Shown here one piece after another: positions 10,104-17,928 of a DNA stretch of 64,000 nucleotides. Origin of the DNA: Anaerolineales bacterium (GTDB lineage Bacteria > Chloroflexota > Anaerolineae > Anaerolineales > UBA11579); assembly GCA_025450445.1 (NCBI GenBank), contig JANWHN010000086.1:8770-72769 (forward strand), read 5' to 3'. How positions within the stretch are numbered: the first letter of the stretch is position 1; each line of letters begins with the position of its first letter. The position numbers and the translations under genes are program-made. The notes under the pieces are model-generated. The model made no database searches. It was not told the origin of the DNA and saw nothing but the letters and a program-made list of their open reading frames with translations.

Positions 10104-10316
10104 TTAGCTCAGCGCGGGAGCCTGGATCAGGCTGCCGAGGCCGTGCATAAACTGATCAAGATTGCGGGCCTGGATGGAGCTGATGGCGCGCATTTCCTCT
10201 TCGTTCAAGTGGAAGGCGCTCAGTTTTTCCTGGCCGTGGCCACTAAGCAAGGCCGCTTCGAAATTCTTGTCCAGCAAAGCTTGCGTAGCGATTGCGTTCA
10301 ATTTGAGTTTAGACAT
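10104..10316 (-). CDS. 70-aa predicted all-helical small protein of unknown function
   Basis: ATG 10316 is preceded by AGGAGA with a 6-nt spacer. It lies 45 nt downstream of the repeat-peptide gene on the same strand. It has no signal peptide or TM segment. Confidence 0.6.
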   Translation of the reverse strand: MSKLKLNAIATQALLDKNFEAALLSGHGQEKLSAFHLNEEEMRAISSIQARNLDQFMHGLGSLIQAPALS

Positions 10317-10361
10317 TTCATGTCTCCTAAGAAAAAGATAGTTGCGCGATCGTCGGGGCGA

Positions 10362-10586
10362 TTAGCCGCCAACGCCGCCACCGACTGGGCGGTTGTTCTG
10401 GGGATAGCCACCTACACCACCGCCAACTGGGCGATTGGATTGGGGATAGCCACCCACACCACCACCAACTGGGCGATTGGCCTGAGGGAAACCACCAACA
10501 CCACCACCAACTGGGCGGTTAGCCTGAGGGAAACCACCAACACCACCACCAACCGGACGGGAAAAATAAACCTTGCTGTGCGTCAT
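10362..10586 (-). CDS. 74-aa Gly-rich tandem-repeat peptide: MTHSKVYFS + 4.6 x RPVGGGVGG[F/Y]PQ[A/S/N]N
   Basis: ATG 10586 is preceded by GGAGG with a 5-nt spacer. The repeat copies differ mostly at synonymous codon positions. It has its own promoter-like element and an upstream terminator. Confidence 0.65.
   Translation of the reverse strand: MTHSKVYFSRPVGGGVGGFPQANRPVGGGVGGFPQANRPVGGGVGGYPQSNRPVGGGVGGYPQNNRPVGGGVGG
10365..10559 (-). repeat. Tandem 42-bp in-frame repeat, 4.6 copies (coding)
   Basis: Units read on the minus strand begin cgYccRgtYggYggYggY...; four full 42-bp units plus a 27-bp partial unit are contiguous. Confidence 0.9.
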
Positions 10587-10618
10587 TTAAACCTCCAAAG
10601 GGTTTGAGAGATGAGCGG

Positions 10619-10651
10619 ATTCTAGGAATGAGCCTATGAACGGGCCTATGA
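10619..10651 (-). promoter_or_regulatory. Candidate promoter with two 8-bp direct repeats (TCATAGGC, 12-bp period) 7 nt upstream of a TAGAAT -10 element
   Basis: On the plus strand GCCTATGA occurs at 10632-10639 and 10644-10651, and ATTCTA (TAGAAT on the minus strand) at 10619-10624. The element lies about 33 nt upstream of the peptide ATG. Confidence 0.4.
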
Positions 10652-10659
10652 GCAAAAAG

Positions 10660-10690
10660 ACAAAAAAGCCGCTTGAAACAAGCAGCTTGG
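10660..10690 (-). terminator. Rho-independent terminator after the regulator gene
   Basis: The minus strand reads GCTGCTTG-TTTC-AAGCGGC (8-bp stem with one G-U pair) followed by TTTTTTG. Confidence 0.6.
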
Positions 10691-10750
10691 CTGGGTTTTT
10701 GAAATATGAAACTAGTTTTCCTACTTTCAGCGCTATTGGTGCCTCCAAGG

Positions 10751-13700
10751 TCAGGTCTTGACGGTTAACTCCTCATAGTACTTTTGCAAATCAACTAGCG
10801 GTTCCGCATTTAGGTCCTTTCGCAGTAAGGATTTATATTTCCTGAAATGTGCAATGGCGGCAGACGGAGACCCCGAAAGCGCCAAACACTTCATTAATTC
10901 TAAATGGATTTCATCTCGGTAAGGGTCTACGGAAAGGATCTTTTCGTAAAGCTCCCGTGCTTGCGAATACTTCTTGGCTTTACTCTCGCTTGTTGCCAGC
11001 CTTACTAAGGCTTCGAGGTAAAGATTACGCAGTTGATCGCGGCGATTGTCTGCCCAATCCATAAACACATCCTGCAAGTATGGGCCTCTGTGGAGCTTGA
11101 CAGCCTGCCGCAGTAGTTCATTTAATTCGCTTGCAGAGAGTTTGCTGCCCCCCGCCTGATGCAGGATATCTTGGAATTCCTTTACGTCGTACCAAATCTG
11201 GATAGCAGGATGCAGGCTGTAAACATCATCTTCAAAAACAATCGCGTCCCTGAAACCAATAGCTCGCCTAACTCTCCACAAGGTGGCATGAAAATTACTG
11301 CTGATCTTGCCGGGGCTGAAATCGGGCCAAAACTCCAGTCCAATCGTTTCTTTGCGCACTTTGTTCTTATCCAGGATGTAGAAAAAAAGTGCGCGTGCAC
11401 GGCTAGAGCGCCATATTGCTGAAGGGAGCAGTTCGCCTTCTCTGCGGACCTCGCCGAGGCCGAAAGCACGTACTTCAAGGCGCAAGGTGGGAACCTCTTC
11501 GCTTTTAGCCCGACCCTCGATAATTGATTTTCCTGTAGGAATTTGGTTAACTCTCTCCAAGAGGTTTTTGATCTGCACAGTTGGCATCGTTTCGGCGACA
11601 TAATTCAAAAACTCTGTCGAATAACGGGCGGCAACGACAAGGAATTGGTCATAGCCTAAGCTGGCGCTGCCTTCCAAAGCTTGCTCTAATAACTCCTGTG
11701 CCCTTGGTGAATCATTCTTTTCGTGATAAATACGGGCGGCCAAGAAGGCTGCCAGCACCTGGCTTTGCGTTGGCATGGCTCCGGTTTTCCAATTGTCCAG
11801 GGCGTTCATGAGCTGTTTAAGCGCGAGCTCACGCTGCCCCATATCGGTGTAAATGTTTCCAAGCTGGAGCGCATACTCGGATTTGTCCAAGCTTCCACCA
11901 ACGCTGCTGGCCGCCTGTCTGAGCCAGCTCATCGCCTCGTTGTAATTGTTTCGATGGCGCTCTACGCGGGCTAGGCCAGCATAGGTCACGGCCAATTCTT
12001 GGGTTTGGCCTGATTGCCTGCTCAATTCCAGAGCTTGTTCAAAGAACTGTTGCGCCTCGTCCAGTTCACCAAGCTCCAATAGCATTTCCCCTTGTCCATT
12101 TAAAATTCCAATTTGGACCAAGATACGATTTGCAGCTTTGGCATTCTCCAAAGCGAGCGAGTATTGTCTCCAGGCGTCCGAATAGTGACCGATCTGATGA
12201 TGCAGGTAGGCTATATTGTTGCGAGCGGAAGCTAGGGCTCCCAGATTGCTTCTTATCTTCAAGTGGATCTCGAGCACTTCTTCAAACGCTTTTTGGGCAT
12301 TTAGCATTTGGCTGGAGTTGATGTAAATGAATCCGAGATCGTTTAGACTCTCAGCCAGGTCATAAAGGTAGATCGTTCTGAATTTTTTGTCGCTCGAATC
12401 CGCCAGCTCGCGTAAACCCTTTACGGCTGAATTCAAGTATGTCACAGCCCGCCGCGCCTCTCCTAAATAGAAAGCCGGTACGGCCTTAAGCCGTTCGGCT
12501 TGGAACCATTGGCGGCTATCCCTTTTCGCCTTGGCCTTTCGGCTCAAAAATGTTTGGGCTTGCTCGGCCAGTGAAATTGCTTCTTGGTGTCTACCGGCGA
12601 AGCGATAAACCATGCCCCGGGTAATGATTGCATTGGCCAGGGCTTCGGCATCATCTTGCTTTTCGAGCTCCGGTTGCGCAATCTCAAGTAGCTGCAAGCT
12701 GGATTCAAAGCGACTTTGATTAACTAACGATTTTGCTTGATAGAGAAGAAGGCGTGGCGCCAGCGTGCGCGCGTCACTTCCTTCGGATAAGAGTTTTAAC
12801 CATCTCGCCAAAAGCACCTGACGATCCGAGGTGTAGTATTCCCCAGCGACCGCATCCATCCAAGCAGCGGCTTCTTCTTTGTCCCCGGAAGTCAATTTAT
12901 GATGAATTGCGTCCTCCCATTCCTCCCTGTTTTTGTGCCATTGAGCCGCTCGCCGGTGCAATTCAGTTTTGCGCGCGCTTTGCGAGCGCTGGAAATAATC
13001 CTGGAGAAATTCCGAGAAGAGTTGGTGGTAACGGTAGCTGTTGCCTTCTTTGGTTTCCGTGCGGCTGACGAAAAGATTTCGGTCTTCAAGAGAGCGCAAA
13101 AAAAGAGTTGAGTCTTTGCGTTGCAACAAGTAGTTGCATAAAGCTTCATTGAAGTCGCCCAGGATCGAGGTTGCGAACATGAAATCCCGCAGCTCTTCAC
13201 TTTGCCGGCTAACAACTTCTTCGGCTAGGTAAGCATAGACCTGCTCGATGGCGCCAGTGAATTTTGGCAGGCCACCTTCGTCCATGGTGCGGACAGCCAG
13301 AAGGATTGCGATAATCCAGCCATCGGCGCGTTTGGCGAACTCTTCTGCCTGCTCGTTTGAGAGCCGCAGGCGGTAGTTTTGCAAGACGAGCTTTTGAAGT
13401 TCCTCGGGTCTGAAACGGAGCTCGTCGGCGCTGATGGTTATAAGTTCTTCGCGGATGTAGAGATTGGCCGTTGGGATGCCATAGACACTGCGCGAGCCGA
13501 TCAGGAGGCGCAAGTGATCGGGGAGATTTTCGAGCAGATTTTCGATGAAATCGACGATCTGCTGGTTTTCACCTGCCAGGTGGTAGTCATCGAGGACAAG
13601 CAGACAAAAATCTTCAACTTGCTCCTCGACCTCGTTGATCAGCTCGGCTGCCAGAGTTGCGGCATCAGCAGCCGCACCGGGAGCCATTAGATTTTCTTCA

Positions 13701-13984
13701 ATGCTCTTGCCGAAGTGCGGTGCTTGTTGCTGGAAAGAAGCGACAAGGTGACGCACAAATTGGACCAAATCACCATCTTCAGGCCCAATGCGATACCAAC
13801 AAACAAGTGCGTCTACATCTGCGGCAAAATCCACAAGTAGGGTGGTTTTGCCGTAGCCGGCTGGGGCTGAAACAAAGGTCAGTTTTCGATGCAGATTTTG
13901 GTGAAGCGTATCCACCAAGCGCACACGACGCAAAACATCCTTCCGCCTTTGTGGCGGGCGCACTTTGGTGAGCAGAATTGTCAT
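10751..13984 (-). CDS. Large signal-transduction ATPase-TPR regulator with a C-terminal SARP-type winged-helix + BTAD domain
   Basis: N-terminus has a P-loop SAPAGYGKTT and Walker-B-like LLVLDDYH (MalT/LuxR-type STAND N-terminus), followed by long TPR-like helical repeats. The C-terminus has LEVRAFGLGEVRREGELL...LWRVRRAIG (OmpR-like wHTH) and YRDEIHLELMKCLALSGSPSAAIAHFRKYKSLLRKDLNAEP (BTAD). Confidence 0.8.
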   Translation of the reverse strand: MTILLTKVRPPQRRKDVLRRVRLVDTLHQNLHRKLTFVSAPAGYGKTTLLVDFAADVDALVCWYRIGPEDGDLVQFVRHLVASFQQQAPHFGKSIEENLMAPGAAADAATLAAELINEVEEQVEDFCLLVLDDYHLAGENQQIVDFIENLLENLPDHLRLLIGSRSVYGIPTANLYIREELITISADELRFRPEELQKLVLQNYRLRLSNEQAEEFAKRADGWIIAILLAVRTMDEGGLPKFTGAIEQVYAYLAEEVVSRQSEELRDFMFATSILGDFNEALCNYLLQRKDSTLFLRSLEDRNLFVSRTETKEGNSYRYHQLFSEFLQDYFQRSQSARKTELHRRAAQWHKNREEWEDAIHHKLTSGDKEEAAAWMDAVAGEYYTSDRQVLLARWLKLLSEGSDARTLAPRLLLYQAKSLVNQSRFESSLQLLEIAQPELEKQDDAEALANAIITRGMVYRFAGRHQEAISLAEQAQTFLSRKAKAKRDSRQWFQAERLKAVPAFYLGEARRAVTYLNSAVKGLRELADSSDKKFRTIYLYDLAESLNDLGFIYINSSQMLNAQKAFEEVLEIHLKIRSNLGALASARNNIAYLHHQIGHYSDAWRQYSLALENAKAANRILVQIGILNGQGEMLLELGELDEAQQFFEQALELSRQSGQTQELAVTYAGLARVERHRNNYNEAMSWLRQAASSVGGSLDKSEYALQLGNIYTDMGQRELALKQLMNALDNWKTGAMPTQSQVLAAFLAARIYHEKNDSPRAQELLEQALEGSASLGYDQFLVVAARYSTEFLNYVAETMPTVQIKNLLERVNQIPTGKSIIEGRAKSEEVPTLRLEVRAFGLGEVRREGELLPSAIWRSSRARALFFYILDKNKVRKETIGLEFWPDFSPGKISSNFHATLWRVRRAIGFRDAIVFEDDVYSLHPAIQIWYDVKEFQDILHQAGGSKLSASELNELLRQAVKLHRGPYLQDVFMDWADNRRDQLRNLYLEALVRLATSESKAKKYSQARELYEKILSVDPYRDEIHLELMKCLALSGSPSAAIAHFRKYKSLLRKDLNAEPLVDLQKYYEELTVKT

Positions 13985-14112
13985 GTTTGTAACCGCTTAC
14001 GGGCGTTCATAAATGACGAATATTCAGTCTATTGCCCTGACTTGAGCTTTGTCAAGGCTATCAGGGCGAAATGTATGACAACTCGACTGATTTGCGTATA
14101 ATTTTAGTCTCA

Positions 14113-15417
14113 ATGCGCGCCGTCGACATCATTATCAAGAAACGCACCCTGCAAGAATTGAGCCGAAATGAGATCCGCTTCTTTATCCAGGGATTTACAG
14201 ACGGCTCTGTAACGGACTACCAGGCTTCAGCCTGGGCAATGGCAGTACTGCTGAATGGAATGACCGACCGGGAAACAACCGAGCTAACCCTGGCGATGGC
14301 GGAATCCGGCGAAATTCAGGATCTCAGCGATACGGTGGATATAGCGCTCGACAAGCATTCGACCGGCGGCGTGGGCGACAAGACCACATTGGTGGTCGAG
14401 CCAGTCGTGTCGGCTTGTGGGTTCAAAGTCGGCAAGATGTCTGGGCGTGGGCTCGGCTTCAGCGGGGGCACGCTCGATAAAATGGAGTCAATTCCAGGCT
14501 ATCGCACCAACCTGACCACGGATGAATTTAAAAAGCAGCTGAAAGAAGTCGGGCTTGTGCTCACCGGCCAGACCGGTGACCTGGCCCCCGCGGACGGCAA
14601 ACTATACGCACTGCGGGATGTCACTGGCACCGTTGATTCTCTGCCTTTGATCGCGTCTTCTATCATGAGCAAGAAGATCGCCGGCGGCGCCCGGCGGATT
14701 GTGCTGGATGTGAAGGTCGGCGTCGGAGCATTTATGAAGACTTTGAAGGAGGCCCGCGCTCTCGCAACCATCATGGTGAAGATCGCTAAGTTGGCCGAAC
14801 GCAAGGCAGTTGCCTTGCTTTCCGATATGAATCAACCTCTCGGTTTTGCTGTGGGGAATTCGCTGGAAGTAAAAGAAGCGATCGAAACGCTAAATGGTGG
14901 GGGCCCGACTGATTTCCGCACTCATTGTCTGGAAGTCGCCGGCCACCTTATCATATTGGGTGGAGGGGCCAAGACGTTGGCGACCGCTAAGCAGAGGGCA
15001 GAGGCCACTTTGAACGATGGAACTGCATTCGACCGCTTTCGGAAATTAGTTTCAGCCCAGGGCGGCGATGTAAGCTACGTTGACAGCCCAGATAAATTTC
15101 CTAAGGCCAAATTTATTGAAGAGGTGAGTTCTCCCCGCGGGGGATACCTAAAAGCTGTAGATGCACAGATCGTGGGCGAGACTTCGGTAGATTTAGGCGG
15201 AGGCAGAGCCAAAAAGGGTGACCCAATCGATCATGCTGTAGGTATAGTCATCCACCATAAGGTCGGGGATCGTGTGGCAAAAGGCGAACCGCTATTCACA
15301 TTGCATGCCAACGACAAGGCCAAATTAGAAGCCGCCAAAGAGCGAATACTTAAGGCGCATGGATGGAATGCAAAGAAAGTAAAACCGCTCCCCCATTTTT
15401 ACGGCACAGTTAAATAA
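14113..15417 (+). CDS. pdp: Pyrimidine-nucleoside (thymidine) phosphorylase
   Basis: MRAVDIIIKKR...LDKHSTGGVGDKTTL...GRGLGFSGGTLDK...SIMSKKIA are family motifs. ATG 14113 is preferred over the track start at 14071. Confidence 0.93.
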   Translation: MRAVDIIIKKRTLQELSRNEIRFFIQGFTDGSVTDYQASAWAMAVLLNGMTDRETTELTLAMAESGEIQDLSDTVDIALDKHSTGGVGDKTTLVVEPVVSACGFKVGKMSGRGLGFSGGTLDKMESIPGYRTNLTTDEFKKQLKEVGLVLTGQTGDLAPADGKLYALRDVTGTVDSLPLIASSIMSKKIAGGARRIVLDVKVGVGAFMKTLKEARALATIMVKIAKLAERKAVALLSDMNQPLGFAVGNSLEVKEAIETLNGGGPTDFRTHCLEVAGHLIILGGGAKTLATAKQRAEATLNDGTAFDRFRKLVSAQGGDVSYVDSPDKFPKAKFIEEVSSPRGGYLKAVDAQIVGETSVDLGGGRAKKGDPIDHAVGIVIHHKVGDRVAKGEPLFTLHANDKAKLEAAKERILKAHGWNAKKVKPLPHFYGTVK

Positions 15418-15446
15418 AAAAGAACCCCAGTCGGGGTTCCTTTTTA
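15416..15446. terminator. Bidirectional rho-independent terminator
   Basis: GAACCCC-AGTC-GGGGTTC (15422-15439) with an A-run before and a T-run after, between convergent pdp and degV. Confidence 0.75.
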
Positions 15447-15453
15447 TGTTTTT

Positions 15454-16302
15454 CTAGCCCGCCATAAAGGCGAAGCCAAGTGTGCCAGGTCCAGTGTGGG
15501 TACCGACGGCGGGACTCACTGCGGTCAAGATGGCCGTTTCAAGTTTCATTCGTTTCTTTGCTTCTTCGAGCAGCCAGTTGCCGTCATCTGGTGCGTTCGC
15601 GTGGATAGCGGCCAGCTTGACGGGTGTGCGGCTGCCAACGCGCTCGACAACCAATTCCAGAAGGCGTTCCATAGCTTTGCTCTTCGTGCGTACCCGCTCG
15701 ACTGATTCCAGTTTGCCATCCACGACTTCGAGGATCGGCTTCAAGTTGAGCGCAGTTCCCAAGAAACGTGCTCCGCCACCAATGCGACCCCCGCGGTGCA
15801 GAAATTCAAGGGTGTCGACCATCAGCAAGACGCCAGTGTGTTTAGTTGCCTCTTTAGCTACTTCAGTCACTTCTTTGAACGATTTGCCCGCCTTTGCAGC
15901 CTCTGCCGCTTTCAGCATTGGCCAGCCTGTTCCCATTGAGGCCGAAAGACCATCGACGATCTCAACATTTGCGTCTGGAACCAGGGTCTTGGCTTGCTCA
16001 GCCGAGGCAATTGTTCCTGAGAATTTGGAAGAAACATGGATGGAAACAATATCCTTGAACCCTTTCGCAACCAATTCTTCGTATTTATCCTTGAATGAAG
16101 CCGGCGTCGGCTGAGACGTCGTAGGCAGCTCTTTCGCACTGCCGAGCCTCTTGTAGAACTCCTCTGGTTGGACGTCCACGCCATCACGCAGCTCTTCGCC
16201 ACCCCAGATCACCAAAGAGGGAACGATGTGGATCTCGTGGCCTTTCATTAGATCCTTGGGAATGTAAGAGGTGCTGTCTGTTACAAATGCGATCTTGGCC
16301 AT
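15454..16302 (-). CDS. DegV family fatty-acid-binding protein
   Basis: MAKIAFVTDSTSYIP...TTSQPTP...HVSSKFSGT are DegV motifs. ATG 16302 follows GGGAGA. The track start at 16413 is over-extended. Confidence 0.9.
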   Translation of the reverse strand: MAKIAFVTDSTSYIPKDLMKGHEIHIVPSLVIWGGEELRDGVDVQPEEFYKRLGSAKELPTTSQPTPASFKDKYEELVAKGFKDIVSIHVSSKFSGTIASAEQAKTLVPDANVEIVDGLSASMGTGWPMLKAAEAAKAGKSFKEVTEVAKEATKHTGVLLMVDTLEFLHRGGRIGGGARFLGTALNLKPILEVVDGKLESVERVRTKSKAMERLLELVVERVGSRTPVKLAAIHANAPDDGNWLLEEAKKRMKLETAILTAVSPAVGTHTGPGTLGFAFMAG

Positions 16303-16392
16303 TGTTTCTCCCGAAATTTTGCCGTTTTTCGACGGCTGAGGATTAGCTAGACCAATTCTAAACGATGAATGACCCGCCCAGCTTCGGCAGCC

Positions 16393-16421
16393 TTGACCCA
16401 CCCCTTCATCCAAGCTACAAT
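16393..16421 (+). promoter_or_regulatory. Candidate sigma-70-type promoter for the rpsP operon
   Basis: TTGACC (16393-16398), a 17-nt spacer, then TACAAT (16416-16421), about 75 nt upstream of the rpsP ATG, which has an AGGAG SD. Confidence 0.45.
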
Positions 16422-16495
16422 GTCCCGCTTTTGACCGACAGAATTACATTTGCTGAATCGGTATAATCGTTCGATAGATAGGAGCATTTGAGTAG

Positions 16496-17017
16496 ATGGT
16501 TCGACTTCGTTTACGCCGCGTAGGCGGCAATAACCAGCCAACTTTCCGTGTGGTGGCTGCTGATAAAGAAAGCCCACGAAATGGTCGCTTTATTGAGATC
16601 GTAGGGTTCTACAACCCGCGCACCGAGCCGGCTACGATCCAATTAAAAGAAGACCGTATTTATGAATGGATCAGCAAGGGGGCGCAGCCAAGTGATTCAG
16701 CCATGGCCGTCTTCAAGACTGCCGGCTTGCTTGAGCGCTACGAACGCTTTAAGACCGGTGAGAAAGTAGACGCGTTGCTGCAAGAGGCTGAAGCTGCAGC
16801 CAAATCCCGCAATACGAGCCGTCTCACTCGCCACGCCGCTCCGGTTAAGAGTAAGAAACCCCGCAAGAAGGAAGGCGAGGCCGCTAAGCCAGCTGCTGCC
16901 GCTCCCGCTCAACCCGCTGCCGAACCAGTCCCTGTTGCTGAAGAAGCAGCCCCAACCGCAGAGGAAGCCCAAGAAGCCCCAACCGCTGCAGCTGAAGAAA
17001 CCCCCGCAGCAGAGTAA
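16496..17017 (+). CDS. rpsP: 30S ribosomal protein S16 with a roughly 85-aa Ala/Pro/Glu/Lys-rich C-terminal extension
   Basis: MVRLRLRRVGGNNQPTFRVVAADKESPRNGRFIEIVGFYNP is canonical S16. The tail is low complexity (AAKPAAAAPAQPAAEPVPVAEEAAPTAEEAQEAP...). Confidence 0.93.
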   Translation: MVRLRLRRVGGNNQPTFRVVAADKESPRNGRFIEIVGFYNPRTEPATIQLKEDRIYEWISKGAQPSDSAMAVFKTAGLLERYERFKTGEKVDALLQEAEAAAKSRNTSRLTRHAAPVKSKKPRKKEGEAAKPAAAAPAQPAAEPVPVAEEAAPTAEEAQEAPTAAAEETPAAE

Positions 17018-17027
17018 GTCTGCGTTT

Positions 17028-17264
17028 ATGAAAGATCTCATCGAATATATCGCCCGGTCTTTAGTCGATGATGCCTCTCAAGTGCAAGTGACTGAGCGCG
17101 AAAAGGGCGAAAGCAAAGAAATTACCTTGCGCGTGGCTAAAGATGATATGGGGCGCGTGATTGGGCGCAACGGCCGTGTTGCGAACGCGATCCGCACGCT
17201 TACGCAGGTCTCAGCAACCCAAATGGGAGCGCGGGCAAACCTGCAAATCTCGGAACCTGATTGA
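17028..17264 (+). CDS. KH-domain RNA-binding protein (YlqC/UPF0109 family)
   Basis: 78 aa with MKDLIEYIARSLVD...GRVIGRNGRVANAIRTL (GxxG KH motif), in the conserved position between rpsP and rimM. ATG 17028 is preferred over the track start at 16935. Confidence 0.88.
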   Translation: MKDLIEYIARSLVDDASQVQVTEREKGESKEITLRVAKDDMGRVIGRNGRVANAIRTLTQVSATQMGARANLQISEPD

Positions 17265-17848
17265 CCAGCCAACGCAGGCAACGCGCCGCTCGACTTCGCA
17301 ATAAAGAAACAGGCTCGCTAAAAGAAGGCGAGCCTTTGTTTATCTTGGTGGGTATCCTGCGCCGGCCACATGGTCTAAAAGGTGAAGCTCTTGTTTCGCT
17401 TCAAACGGATTTTCCGGATCGCTTGCAGAAGGGACTGCGTCTCTATCTTGGAGAAGATCATCGGCCAGTAACAATCCGTAGTCGAAGGCAGCACAATGAT
17501 GGGCTGCTGATGGCCTTCGATGAATTAGCGGACAAAACTTCGCTGGAGAATCTGCATAATGTCCCCCTGTTCGTTCGTAAGGATGAAACACCGGTACTTC
17601 CAGAAGGTCAGTACTATCAACATCAACTCCTTGGGTTGGATGTTGTAACAGAAGGTGGAACAGTTTTAGGTAAAGTAGCTGAAATTTTGGATACCACAGC
17701 CAACGCAGTCTACGTGGTGCGTCCAGAAACAGGAAAAGAGATTCTATTGCCTTCAATTAAAAATGTTGTGCGCGCGATTGAGATTGAGAACGGGCGGATT
17801 GTAGTTAGACTAATGCCAGGGATGATCGAGGACGAACAGACCAAGTAG
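17261..17848 (+). CDS. rimM: 16S rRNA processing protein RimM
   Basis: ILVGILRRPHGLKGEALV... plus a PRC-barrel C-terminus. TTG 17261 overlaps the KH stop (TTGA). An alternative TTG at 17336 behind GAAGG would give about 170 aa. Confidence 0.88.
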   Translation: MTSQRRQRAARLRNKETGSLKEGEPLFILVGILRRPHGLKGEALVSLQTDFPDRLQKGLRLYLGEDHRPVTIRSRRQHNDGLLMAFDELADKTSLENLHNVPLFVRKDETPVLPEGQYYQHQLLGLDVVTEGGTVLGKVAEILDTTANAVYVVRPETGKEILLPSIKNVVRAIEIENGRIVVRLMPGMIEDEQTK

Positions 17849-17928
17849 ACGAATCAGACCCTCCCCTTGCTGCTTAGAACGCTATGGTATTCTGTGGCGG
17901 ATCCGACCGTAACATTTGGGGTTTTGAA

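Noticed and set aside
10365-10559. Regularly spaced 42-bp repeats that could be mistaken for a CRISPR array or a minisatellite.
   Set aside because: The units are contiguous with no spacers, stay in frame, and no cas genes are present. The variation pattern is that of a coding sequence.
10095-10607. A 170-aa plus-strand ORF covering the whole small-peptide locus (…TTANWAIGLGIATHTTTNWAIGL…).
   Set aside because: It is the antisense reading of the 42-bp repeat and of the 70-aa gene, and it has no SD. The minus-strand genes each have a strong, correctly spaced SD, and repeat divergence is concentrated at their third codon positions.
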